Source: a virus
Lineage: Duplodnaviria > Caudoviricetes
Length of the DNA stretch: 24,109 nucleotides
Direction: 5' to 3' (one strand)
Virus record (IMG/VR): IMGVR_UViG_3300031519_000225
Coordinates: 1 to 24,109 of that record
Part shown: one piece after another, positions 6,476-16,380 of the stretch
Layout of the letters: each line of letters begins with the position of its first letter
How positions within the stretch are numbered: position 1 is the stretch's first letter
Made by a program: the position numbers and the translations under genes
Notes under the pieces: model-generated
What the model was told of the DNA's origin: nothing
The model's input: only the letters and a program-made list of their open reading frames with translations
Databases searched by the model: none

Positions 6476-9400
6476 TGTATTTTCTCCATAAGTTTTCTAA
6501 CCATTTCCTGTAGCTCTTTAATTTCTTCGTCCTGCTCTTTCACTGCTTTGAGCAAAACTGCTGACAAGTGGTCATAGCGCACCGCTTTACGCACTTCTTC
6601 GGAGTCAGTGTCTATCAGCTCATAGACAAGCTGAGGCAAGGTTTCTTCCACTTCTTGGGCTATTACACCAATGAGGTCGTCATCTTTTCCAATGTAGTTA
6701 AAGCGGTGGACGTTGATGTCTTTAATTAGGTCACGCGCATTTTCAAACGGTCGGACGTTCTCTTTCAAGCGCCGATCTGAGTAGCTTCCATAGGCCGTGA
6801 TATTTCCGCTTGCCACGAAATCACCGTTCGTGCGTATAGCGTTATTGATAGATCCAAGTTGATGATAGCTGCTTCCATCCCACCAGTTTTCGGTGTAAGT
6901 GCCATAAGCCCCGTCCTTGTAAGTGTACTTGTGCGCCATTGACCAAGTACCATTGTCTCTAACGTCCGAATGAACGTAAGAACCGTTTGGTGCGTAAGCG
7001 TCAATCGTCCCGCCATTACCACCACCAGCATTTAGTTTTAGGACTCCATAAACTGTGCTATCGCCGATGTAGACCGCTTGCTTTGAAAATACTGTTCCAT
7101 CGCCTCTGATATAAAATTGAGTAGTGCCTCCTACTACTGCTCTAAAAAGGTCGTTACTAGTACTGGAAGCGTGGTTGTCAATGTACAGCCCGTAGCCTTG
7201 CGTAGAAATTATCTGCGCCCAATGACTTGATTGCGTTTGATTAACTACTAGCGCATGAGCGCCAAAGCCGTTGGAGTTTGCAAGTAAAGCGGGTGTTGCA
7301 GGCCCTGAAGTTGTTGTGGTGAAATTTGGAGGTATTGCTGTCGTTTGGACTTGCGTCTGCGTGTTAATTTTAGTTATGTCAGTAGACGTTTCACCAAACG
7401 TGGCGGTCGTGAAGCCGTTGTTGTTTGACCACAATTGCAGTTTACCAGCACCGGCCTCGTTTGAAGCACCGTTTGATATCAGCCACCAATCTGTGCCACC
7501 TGTAGCAGTATTATGAATCTTTAACGCTGGACCACCGCTTTGATTGTTGGTGACTTTAATTCCCGCACTACTGGTTGTAGTCGTAAACGTGTGATCGCCG
7601 TTGTAAGTGTTGGCTATTTGTCCACCGTTGTGGAGGATGTTGTTGGCTGCGGTCCCAATAGCAAAAACTGGGTGTGTGCCTATACCTGAATACACATAAC
7701 GATTGTTAGCGCCAATGTATGTGCCATAATTCGCGCTGTACCCTATAGCATCGATAAACGACCCATGTGACAACATAGTACCGGCTGCTTTAGAAATAAC
7801 AAACTGACCGTCAGACTTTTGATAGTTGCCGTTGCCGCCAGCGTAGTTGACTGTATCAATGTTGGTGTAGCCGGTAAGATTACCCGCCCCAATCATAGAC
7901 CAGTCCCGACCGTCGTCTTGAATTGCGTTTGACCATCCTAGCCACAGATCACAGGCAACTATAACCGGATACGAACCAGTGCTTCCCCCACTGGTGTGCG
8001 AGTATGCAAACGCAACCTTACCTGTTGAGCTGTTTCTCATAACTTGGATGGTTGGGCGTTCTGATGGGTTGGTAGTTGTATACCCCCAACCTATAAAACC
8101 ACCGTTTGATTCTGGGTTCCAATATCCAGCAAGGTCTATTCTTTCACGTTGTGTTGAATCCCCATACGCATCCATCACTAACAGAGTAAACCCGCCCATT
8201 CTGTACGCATCTTGCGAAACGTTGGTTTGGATAATTGTATATGTAGATGGCACGCCGCTATGCGAACCAGCCGCAAGCACTCCCCAGTGCGTGTGGACAG
8301 TATTCGCAGCGTGCCCCGAAGCATAGGCGTGCTCTTGATGATAAGTTCTTTCCCAAATAGCATTTGGCTGGTCAATTTCACCATCAGACTTAAAAACCAT
8401 ACGCTCGGCGGGAACAGCGCCAGATAAAATCCTCACGCCCGTGTTGGTTGTTGTCCTTGATACTAAAGATAAATATCCCGCGTCAGCTATTAGGTGAATC
8501 CCATTTGCTTTATAAACTGGCGCTACGTCTGAGTTCGCTCTTACCAATAGATAGCCAGCATTGCCAGCATCTTCATCTTGAAAAAGTAAACCGGCGTAGT
8601 TGCTTGTGGCTGGTTTAAACCCTATGGTGAAGTTTGTTCTAACGCCTGCATTTATATCTGCCCAAGGCACCCCTGACCCAGTGTCATAGATGCTTTCGTA
8701 AGCCGATCCGTTATACCTTTTTAGCGTAGCTGTGCTTTCTGCGGCCCCAGTTGATAAGACTGCCGAATAAAACCGAAACTCTTTCGTTGTAGCGTCAAAA
8801 TACAGGTTGCCTTTGCTAACCGTATTTCCAACGCCTCCATCATCATAGAGCTGCAACCAGCCGCCCGACTTACCAACGTGCAAATGCTTGTTAGCGTAAG
8901 CGTCATAGTTGAAGGTGCTTGTTCCATCAGAATTTAGAACAAAGTTGTAATCAGCGTTATTAACTCCTGACGCTTGATAAAGAAAGCCTAAACCACCAAC
9001 CCCTGTGCCGTATGCGGTTCCCGTGCCGCCTGAAATAATCCTCCACTGGTGAGTATTATTTGCGTCAGGCTGGATAAAAAACTCATAATTCCCGCCGCCG
9101 GTGTTCGCGCTTATTGAGCTATAAAACCTAGAGCTTCCGAAATTCACCTCTCCAGTAACAGACAAATTGCCTGACGGGTTAAGCGTCATTTTTGTAGAAA
9201 GATTGGATCCGGTATTGCGAACCTGAAACTTCAAGCCGCTGCCGTAATGATTGGAAGTGGCGTTTTCCTTGTATGTTTTAAGGATAGCCCCTGCGGTGTA
9301 CTCTCCAGTTGAAAGGTACTTATAACCAAGTACTAATTGACCACCGACTCCTGCCGCCATTGCGGTGCTATCATAGTGTATTAAGCCAGTCCGAACGTCA

Positions 9401-12400
9401 TCCGCCGCACCAATAGCCGAAATTGAATTTATAGCCCCGCTTAAAATAGAGCCTGATGAGATTGCGCCATGCACTTTAAGCGCATAACCAGAAGCCGGTT
9501 CCCCTAAAAGCCCCCAGCCGCCAGTGTCGTTTTGATATTTTGCCGCGACACGATTGTTGTTGGGGTCATAAAATCCAACAAAACCGCTTGTCGTATTAGG
9601 CGACCAAATATAATTATCAGTGCCGGTAAACTTTAGATCGTCTGCAACGGACACGTTCGTTGCCGCTATATTACCGCCAAACGTGACTGTCCCTGATGCC
9701 GCTGTAACATTTATATAAGCTGCTCCGTCATACCAAGCATGTCGGAAGTTGGATGTTGCTGAATTGTCAGCTACGCCATACCAATGCAGCCGAGCAAAAC
9801 TTGTTGCGTCATCTCTTGCATCTGCTCTTTGATGCGCTGCGTCTGACCCGCCGACCTTCCACGCTACATCTTCAAGGAAAAAGGTCTGGGCGCTGACTGT
9901 ACCTCCACCCAGCGGAAGATGACCCACCTGTGAATAAGTGTAAGCTGTGTTCCAGTTGGTAGAGGTGCCATCTGTAGCAGTAATTATTCCGCTAGAAATA
10001 GTGCCAACGGTCAGATTGCGGCTTGCATCGGCCATTCTGGTGCCGTTCACCCAATAACCAAACGGCGCGTCTACACCAGTATCGTCGTAGATCTTAAAAT
10101 GCACCTTGTTATTATCTTCTGGTTCGTAAAAATGCAGTTCTTCGCCAACAAGTTTGACCGCCATATCAATAGAAGGGTCGGTGGCAGTGCTGCTGTTGAA
10201 GTTTATTGATGGCGATGAAGTGGTAGTGCTGGTTAGTGTTATATCACCCGCGCTTGTTATTGCGTCAGTGGATATGCTTGCTGCGTTGATATTTTGATTA
10301 GAATCAATAACCGAGATGCCACTTAGTTCAAAGCTGGCTCCAGATATAGCACCTGTGAAAGTCCCCGAAGTACCTGATAACGCTCCTGTCAGCGTACCGC
10401 CAGCTAAAGGCAAGTGACCCACTTGTGAGTAATTATAAGCGGTGCTTAGGTTCGTAATCTGAGCAGAAGTAACACCGTTGCGACCCAGCGTATCAAGATT
10501 AGTATATGCGGATATAGTATTACTTGTACTGAATGACCAGCCTTGGCCCCATGATCGTGCAGCTCCTGTTGAGCTATATCCAGACCAAAAATCTTTCGCT
10601 ACTAACTGAGCATACGAAGATGTCCCAAAGTTGCTTAAAATAAAAACAGTGTAACCGCTAGAGTTAGCACCGACTTGAATTGTTGGCTCAAAATTAGGGT
10701 TTTTTGAGTTATAGCGGAAGCCAGTGAACCCACCATTGTTTTCTGGATTCCAATAACCATAAATGTCAATTACATCCCCACTTGTTGAAGTAGGGTACTT
10801 GTCCCAAAACGTCAATTGAAATCCACCCATCGCAAAAGAAGATTGCGGGACCGTAGTTGTTAGGATTATGTAAGTTTGGCTAGCATTATTTTCACTGTAA
10901 GTGGCGAGAACCTTTGAGAAATATTGGACTTCGTGATCGCCGTTTCCTGCTGCAAACTCCTGATACTGATCTATTATTTTGGTTTCTACATTTCCAGTGA
11001 ATGTTGCTGCTGGAGCATAAATTGCATGACTAAACTCAAAGCGATCTGTGGCAGTCTTCCATAGGATAGAAGCATCAGTCGTAGAATTAACTGCGTCTTG
11101 GATAGTGATTCCACTATCATTCGCGGTGCTGGATGAATCACCCGTGGAATAGTTCAGGGTTATGTTGTTGTCTTTGACCGTGAGGTTGTCAGTATTGACG
11201 GTTGTTGTTGTCCCGCTCACCGTTAGGTCGCCGGTAATAGTTAGGTTCTGGCTGATAGTCCCGCCAGTCAAAGGCAAGTGACCTATCTGCGAATAGTCGT
11301 ATCCAGTTTTCCACTGCGTAGAATTGGAGGCTGCTCCGTCAGCGTATATAGATCCAGCGGCGAGGAAATTTCCGTTATTAACAAAAGCCCATCCAGCTGA
11401 AGTGCCAGCGCCATCTGGGTTGTATTCTATATACAAAGTTGACGGCTGATTTGGATTAGCGTACATGCTCCACGCTCTTACCGAGTCGTCAGAGTCAACC
11501 CAATTGATACCTACATCGCTATTCGCTGCTTTTAGGTTGATGTCTCCGCTAATGTTTGCAGTTGCTGCCGTAACTGCCCCTGAGCCAGTGTAGAAATCAC
11601 CTGTAATAAGAATGTTTCCGTTGTCAACAAACGAAACGGGCGTTGTAGCCCCATCGTCTACTCTGAAATTCATGGTAGTAGAAGCTGCCTCGTCAGTATC
11701 AACACCTGCTTCTATTCGCCATGCGTCAATTGAGGTATCTGTATCCCTCCAAGATATTGAGCGAGTTCCGCCTGTACCAGTTAGAACTATATTGTTGGTG
11801 TTGAAATTAGAGCCATTGGCAAAAGAGTTCATCTGGTTCTCAACGAAATTAACGCTTGCTGACGTAACCTCGTAAAGCCTAGCTGACGAGTCTTGACCAA
11901 ATGCAGTAGGAGATCCCGTCCCAGTGACAGTTGAAGACAATTTTATTTTGTGAACACCAGCGGCTAGGTTGGTGAAAGTATGACTTGTGAGCACATACGC
12001 AGTCGCTCCGGTTCCCAGAGAGTTTGCGATATACTCTAAAGCGCCACCAGCGTTCATCAGAACTGTTCTGTATTCTTGTATACCTCCGCCAATATAATTG
12101 GCCTCAACATAAATTTGAGTTGAACTAGGGGTTGAGCTTGTGCTGGTAAAAGATATTGGCTTGGTTGCAGCTATTGCGTATGAGCCTGCATCTGTTTTGA
12201 GGTTGTAAATGACATTAAAGATTGAGTTTGTGATGTCGGACAACGCTGCCGCTTCTGATGCCCCAGAACCGTAGAAATAAAGGTATTGACTGGCGTTGCT
12301 ATATATCGGCAGTTTTGTCGTCACCGTCACAGTCGCCGCAACATCCAGCGTTAAAATTAGTTCATCAGTATTGCCATATAGAACCCCAGAAACTTTATCT

Positions 12401-15351
12401 ACCAAGCTCCCGCCTGCGAGCGATATCCCTGACAAGGCGGCTGCACCCAAACCGCTTTGATCTAGAAGAATATTCCCGTCAGCATCGTAGACTGTAATAT
12501 TGCTCGCAAACACTGAGCCGTTAGGCAGAACCTTAAAACTTGCGTTTTCTGATTGGTCAACTGCTGCGCCTGAAAAAATCCTGTAGGGCGCTGAAGAGCT
12601 GCCGTCCAATACAGTTGTAGCATTCCCACTTCCAGCAATAAACTTAGAGTCAGTGCTAACGTCACCCGTGAATGCTCCAGCGGATGCGTTTACGGTGCCT
12701 GTTACGGTTAATGCGGAACTATCAAACAAAAGATTATTGGTTGCGTTTCCTACTACAAACTTCCCGCCAGTAAGGTCAAAGAAAGACCCTGACTCCGTAT
12801 CGCTCGGAGCTGCGTCGGCATCAGGGACCGTTCCCCCTTTGAGTGTGCCGCCGGTAATTGTTCCCAGGTCAGCCGTGATAGCTCCAAGCTCATCAACGCT
12901 GAGAGCAGCCGCAGTTATCGTGTCATCTATAATCAGGTCGCCAGCGAAGAATCCAGATATTGTGCCGAATGTGCTGCCGTCGTATTGATAGGCGGCTTGC
13001 TTGTTTGGACTAGAAGTCGTGTTGGTGACAACGACAATATCGCCGTCTGTCGGCGCTCTACCAAAAGCAGTGTTGAATGCCGCTGCGCTCGCCGGCGCAT
13101 CCACGTTATCGTCTGCACTTGTCCTGGTAAACCTGAAGAACCCGTTAGAGTTAAGCAGATCACCTACAGCATAAGCCTGGGCTTGCCCGTCGTATACGTC
13201 AGTTCCCAGTGTAGCTCCGACCGTTGCGTTGTTAGCCGGCCTCAAGAGGTTAGAGTCATCGACATCAATCCACTCAACAGAATCAGCAACCTGGTCCGTG
13301 GTAGTGACGGTCTCAGGACCGACTACTGCGCTAACAGCTGACTCATCTGTCGCCACGCCTGTACCCGATGACGATGTCCCGCTTGCGGTAGCCAGGAAGG
13401 TGTCACCATTGCTAACCGGCGCCGTAGCACCCAGAGTGGTCCAGCTCGTCGTTCCTAAACTTCGGATCCTGTAGGTCTGCCCGATAATGATATCCGTGGC
13501 AGCAACCTCATTGTCATACAAAGAGGCTCTTACCCAATAATATCTAGTTAGTGCGGAAGTAGGCAGTACGAATGTAATCGCATCATTCTTGGTGCGAAGT
13601 AATATTGATGATTCGCTAAAATTACTTGTTGCGCTTTGATAGACAATTATGTCGTTGAAGGTAGTATTTGGGACCGGATTGTCCCAGGTCAATCTTACGT
13701 CATGACCGATAACTACTGATGACAAGTTTGTTGGCGCAGGAACCCCTGAGAATCCATCTGTGATAGATCCGTCAGACGCAATTGTCGAGTAATTTGCCGC
13801 AGGCATGTCTGTATAGTTTGCCTGGGTGTCTTTTAGCATGGTGAGCGTGACTGCGCCTTCTGCAGAGAAGTTAAATCCCAAGATAACAAAAGGCGTTTGG
13901 TTAAAGCTTATTGAGTCTTGATCAGACCCAGCAAACTTATCAAGCGTGATCTTTACCCGGTCTCCAACTGTGTAACGTAGAGCTTTTAGATTGCAGGGGA
14001 ACTCGATTAACAATTGGTCGTTAGACCTGTTAATCATTTGATAGGTCAACCGCTGACACATGTACACGTCATTGGTCATAGGAAGCTCTACTTCCTTATA
14101 GAGGACCTCTCCTGCGTCCCTGGTCGCTATGTCTGTCAACTGCACTTCTGGGAATGCGACCTTCTTGTGCAGATCTTGTGGGTTAAAGTGAGTACCCTTG
14201 ATCGTGTTAAATCTGTCATCCCTGGTATTGGCCACGGTGATATTAATAGGGCCATTCAAATCGTCATCAGTAAGGATTGCGTCTGACTCGGGCTCTATAT
14301 ACTGACCGGCCTGCATTACATACTTACCGCTAGAGTAGACAAGCGATCCATTCATCGAGCTCAGGATCTTGTTTATGTTCTGAGCGTGACTATCGGTTCC
14401 GTACAGGACACCGTTACATGTAAATCTCTTCTGAGTCTGCGAGCCCGGGATAGAAACAAGTGCATCTGCATAATCCGCAGAAGAGTGAACAGCAGCCCAA
14501 TCAATTGCAGAAGACGGAACACCCATTCCAAACTGATCGTCGGCTATGTAGTTAGCCAAGCACAGAGCTGGATTGTCTGACCATTGCCAGGTCGTGCTAT
14601 CTGACAGCCTCTGCGTAGAAACCCCCAAACTTGAATCATACTCAGGCGACGTGCTGTCTTTGCGCGGGTCGTAAATGGCCATGCCCTTAACCAGGGCTTT
14701 TATGTCCTGCGGGTTATACTTGTTCCAGATCTCTGCGATCTTTTCGTTATCAGGGAATGAGAACTTAGTGGCAATGTAGGTAAGACCTTGACCTTCATGA
14801 TCGCTAGTCCATTTGAAGAACTCACTGGTCACAGGCATGCTAGCCGCTGTTTGACCCCCAGTGTACTTGTAGACAGTGACCAAAGTCGTTGAGGCTATCG
14901 GCTTAAAGATAGTGCTAGTGCCGTTAACAATGCCGCCAGCCGAGTTTCCGCTGTTTATATCAGCGTTAGGGATGATTATGTTGTCTAAGTATATGTCTGT
15001 GATTGCTTCTGACTTATCACCCGTCAAAGCAATTACATGCCATAAGTCCTGGTTTCCCGTACCGCCAACTCCCATAAACGCTACAGGGCCTGATATCAAC
15101 GACTCACCGTAAACCCGCTTAACTGGAGCGGTTGTCGATCTTACGGTTTTTTGCCTAGCATAATTCGAGTCTGGCCTAGGAAGTGACATTTCCATAAGCT
15201 TTGACATACCAACCACGCCAGCAGTTATCGCTAGCGCGCCGGTGACGAAAAATGTCGTTCCGCTAATGCCAAAAACTACTTCTATAATTGGCAGGGCAGT
15301 CATAACCAGATTGCCCACGAACATTATTGCTGTAATTATTGCATTCGGCAT
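6472..15351 (-). CDS. Giant tail tip/central fibre protein (gpJ-like N-terminus, fibre modules, C-terminal peptidase S74 intramolecular chaperone)
   Basis: N-terminal VYG...YDPRKDS...WSDNPALCLANY...FTCNG tail-tip motifs; an FN3-like PAPTNLS...LTWD...YYWVRA segment; C-terminal SDRRLKENV...GVIAQEVE...VRYDHL...KAVKE plus coiled coil. Confidence 0.88.
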   Translation of the reverse strand: MPNAIITAIMFVGNLVMTALPIIEVVFGISGTTFFVTGALAITAGVVGMSKLMEMSLPRPDSNYARQKTVRSTTAPVKRVYGESLISGPVAFMGVGGTGNQDLWHVIALTGDKSEAITDIYLDNIIIPNADINSGNSAGGIVNGTSTIFKPIASTTLVTVYKYTGGQTAASMPVTSEFFKWTSDHEGQGLTYIATKFSFPDNEKIAEIWNKYNPQDIKALVKGMAIYDPRKDSTSPEYDSSLGVSTQRLSDSTTWQWSDNPALCLANYIADDQFGMGVPSSAIDWAAVHSSADYADALVSIPGSQTQKRFTCNGVLYGTDSHAQNINKILSSMNGSLVYSSGKYVMQAGQYIEPESDAILTDDDLNGPINITVANTRDDRFNTIKGTHFNPQDLHKKVAFPEVQLTDIATRDAGEVLYKEVELPMTNDVYMCQRLTYQMINRSNDQLLIEFPCNLKALRYTVGDRVKITLDKFAGSDQDSISFNQTPFVILGFNFSAEGAVTLTMLKDTQANYTDMPAANYSTIASDGSITDGFSGVPAPTNLSSVVIGHDVRLTWDNPVPNTTFNDIIVYQSATSNFSESSILLRTKNDAITFVLPTSALTRYYWVRASLYDNEVAATDIIIGQTYRIRSLGTTSWTTLGATAPVSNGDTFLATASGTSSSGTGVATDESAVSAVVGPETVTTTDQVADSVEWIDVDDSNLLRPANNATVGATLGTDVYDGQAQAYAVGDLLNSNGFFRFTRTSADDNVDAPASAAAFNTAFGRAPTDGDIVVVTNTTSSPNKQAAYQYDGSTFGTISGFFAGDLIIDDTITAAALSVDELGAITADLGTITGGTLKGGTVPDADAAPSDTESGSFFDLTGGKFVVGNATNNLLFDSSALTVTGTVNASAGAFTGDVSTDSKFIAGSGNATTVLDGSSSAPYRIFSGAAVDQSENASFKVLPNGSVFASNITVYDADGNILLDQSGLGAAALSGISLAGGSLVDKVSGVLYGNTDELILTLDVAATVTVTTKLPIYSNASQYLYFYGSGASEAAALSDITNSIFNVIYNLKTDAGSYAIAATKPISFTSTSSTPSSTQIYVEANYIGGGIQEYRTVLMNAGGALEYIANSLGTGATAYVLTSHTFTNLAAGVHKIKLSSTVTGTGSPTAFGQDSSARLYEVTSASVNFVENQMNSFANGSNFNTNNIVLTGTGGTRSISWRDTDTSIDAWRIEAGVDTDEAASTTMNFRVDDGATTPVSFVDNGNILITGDFYTGSGAVTAATANISGDINLKAANSDVGINWVDSDDSVRAWSMYANPNQPSTLYIEYNPDGAGTSAGWAFVNNGNFLAAGSIYADGAASNSTQWKTGYDYSQIGHLPLTGGTISQNLTITGDLTVSGTTTTVNTDNLTVKDNNITLNYSTGDSSSTANDSGITIQDAVNSTTDASILWKTATDRFEFSHAIYAPAATFTGNVETKIIDQYQEFAAGNGDHEVQYFSKVLATYSENNASQTYIILTTTVPQSSFAMGGFQLTFWDKYPTSTSGDVIDIYGYWNPENNGGFTGFRYNSKNPNFEPTIQVGANSSGYTVFILSNFGTSSYAQLVAKDFWSGYSSTGAARSWGQGWSFSTSNTISAYTNLDTLGRNGVTSAQITNLSTAYNYSQVGHLPLAGGTLTGALSGTSGTFTGAISGASFELSGISVIDSNQNINAASISTDAITSAGDITLTSTTTSSPSINFNSSTATDPSIDMAVKLVGEELHFYEPEDNNKVHFKIYDDTGVDAPFGYWVNGTRMADASRNLTVGTISSGIITATDGTSTNWNTAYTYSQVGHLPLGGGTVSAQTFFLEDVAWKVGGSDAAHQRADARDDATSFARLHWYGVADNSATSNFRHAWYDGAAYINVTAASGTVTFGGNIAATNVSVADDLKFTGTDNYIWSPNTTSGFVGFYDPNNNRVAAKYQNDTGGWGLLGEPASGYALKVHGAISSGSILSGAINSISAIGAADDVRTGLIHYDSTAMAAGVGGQLVLGYKYLSTGEYTAGAILKTYKENATSNHYGSGLKFQVRNTGSNLSTKMTLNPSGNLSVTGEVNFGSSRFYSSISANTGGGNYEFFIQPDANNTHQWRIISGGTGTAYGTGVGGLGFLYQASGVNNADYNFVLNSDGTSTFNYDAYANKHLHVGKSGGWLQLYDDGGVGNTVSKGNLYFDATTKEFRFYSAVLSTGAAESTATLKRYNGSAYESIYDTGSGVPWADINAGVRTNFTIGFKPATSNYAGLLFQDEDAGNAGYLLVRANSDVAPVYKANGIHLIADAGYLSLVSRTTTNTGVRILSGAVPAERMVFKSDGEIDQPNAIWERTYHQEHAYASGHAANTVHTHWGVLAAGSHSGVPSTYTIIQTNVSQDAYRMGGFTLLVMDAYGDSTQRERIDLAGYWNPESNGGFIGWGYTTTNPSERPTIQVMRNSSTGKVAFAYSHTSGGSTGSYPVIVACDLWLGWSNAIQDDGRDWSMIGAGNLTGYTNIDTVNYAGGNGNYQKSDGQFVISKAAGTMLSHGSFIDAIGYSANYGTYIGANNRYVYSGIGTHPVFAIGTAANNILHNGGQIANTYNGDHTFTTTTSSAGIKVTNNQSGGPALKIHNTATGGTDWWLISNGASNEAGAGKLQLWSNNNGFTTATFGETSTDITKINTQTQVQTTAIPPNFTTTTSGPATPALLANSNGFGAHALVVNQTQSSHWAQIISTQGYGLYIDNHASSTSNDLFRAVVGGTTQFYIRGDGTVFSKQAVYIGDSTVYGVLKLNAGGGNGGTIDAYAPNGSYVHSDVRDNGTWSMAHKYTYKDGAYGTYTENWWDGSSYHQLGSINNAIRTNGDFVASGNITAYGSYSDRRLKENVRPFENARDLIKDINVHRFNYIGKDDDLIGVIAQEVEETLPQLVYELIDTDSEEVRKAVRYDHLSAVLLKAVKEQDEEIKELQEMVRKLMEKIQ

Positions 15352-15725
15352 TTATTCCATCCGCATATTAGGTTTTCTTTGTCTATTTGGATGATACCGT
15401 TCTTACAAAGGCACAGTATCTTGTCACCAAGCTTTATGCCCATCAAATCACCCGTAGACATTGTTACTAGGCATGGATCTCCGTCGCTTAACGTCTTGCT
15501 TGGAGGCCCTAAAACACTCGACACCGTATGTTTCAGGCTCCCATTGCCTTCTATTATTTTATAGGCTGCAGCCTCGTCTTGATAGTTAAAAGACTCTAAA
15601 TAATCTACGCCGGTTAATTCTTTTACCACAAATCCTGCCCACTGGCAGCAATCAGCATCGCCGTAGTCAAACCGTCTTTTCTTCCACTTGTTGGCAGCTC
15701 TTAATACGTCTAATTTCGAAGCCAT
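15336..15725 (-). CDS. NlpC/P60-like tail assembly protein (gpK position)
   Basis: FDYGDADCCQWA motif and GD motif; located between the hub-like and tip genes. Confidence 0.65.
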   Translation of the reverse strand: MASKLDVLRAANKWKKRRFDYGDADCCQWAGFVVKELTGVDYLESFNYQDEAAAYKIIEGNGSLKHTVSSVLGPPSKTLSDGDPCLVTMSTGDLMGIKLGDKILCLCKNGIIQIDKENLICGWNKCRMQ

Positions 15726-15726
15726 A

Positions 15727-16380
15727 TTAATGCCTATAGTTTCCTGGGCCCCTCGGCTGGGAAAGGTCTATATCGCCCGACGTTATTGTGCTGCCCTTCC
15801 CTTTCCAGTTGACCTTCACCCCTTCTACAAACGCCAGAAGGTTAAAGAACTTATCTCCGTTGTATCTGGATTGCTGCCAGGTATTAGTGAACATTAGATT
15901 TCGGCTTCTTTGCAGTAAGGACAGTTGCGACTCGCAAGTCATGGTTATCATGTCGCCCTGGTCTGACCCAACGCTTACAGCCATCTGGTCCATATGACCA
16001 GCCCATAACGCCACAGGATTCTGCGTATTTGCTGGATTTGGCTCCTGAACGAATTCATCGTCCTCAGTTAACACTCCGAGATATATTGTCACCGGGCGCA
16101 TGTAGTAGTTTTCTTCTAGCGCCTGCTCTGCAAGCGTAGCGTCAAGCAAGGACAAAGTCAGAGTTATAGAATAAGGAGAAACGTCTGTACCTTCCTCTAC
16201 TGCAGATATTGTCGCCAGGTCACCTAGACCCTGCCAGGTCTGCCCATCGAAAGTATATTCTCCAATTCCGTTATGCACATATAACGTCTGACTAGAAAAC
16301 TCTAGCTTGGCGAATGACAGAAGCCTTACGTGCCCTGCAGCAAGCGCATCTGCTACGGCTGGTGAGAACCCTCTACTCAT
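15727..16380 (-). CDS. Minor tail/hub-like protein (gpL position)
   Basis: FDGQTWQGLG...ITLTLS...LWAGHMD...ITMTCES...QQSRYNGDKFF pattern; synteny. Confidence 0.7.
   Translation of the reverse strand: MSRGFSPAVADALAAGHVRLLSFAKLEFSSQTLYVHNGIGEYTFDGQTWQGLGDLATISAVEEGTDVSPYSITLTLSLLDATLAEQALEENYYMRPVTIYLGVLTEDDEFVQEPNPANTQNPVALWAGHMDQMAVSVGSDQGDMITMTCESQLSLLQRSRNLMFTNTWQQSRYNGDKFFNLLAFVEGVKVNWKGKGSTITSGDIDLSQPRGPGNYRH

Noticed and set aside
4645-15351. Diversity-generating retroelement or invertible fibre cassette
   Set aside because: I saw no reverse transcriptase or invertase, no near-identical TR/VR pair with adenine-specific mismatches and no inverted crossover sites; repeats were checked by eye only.
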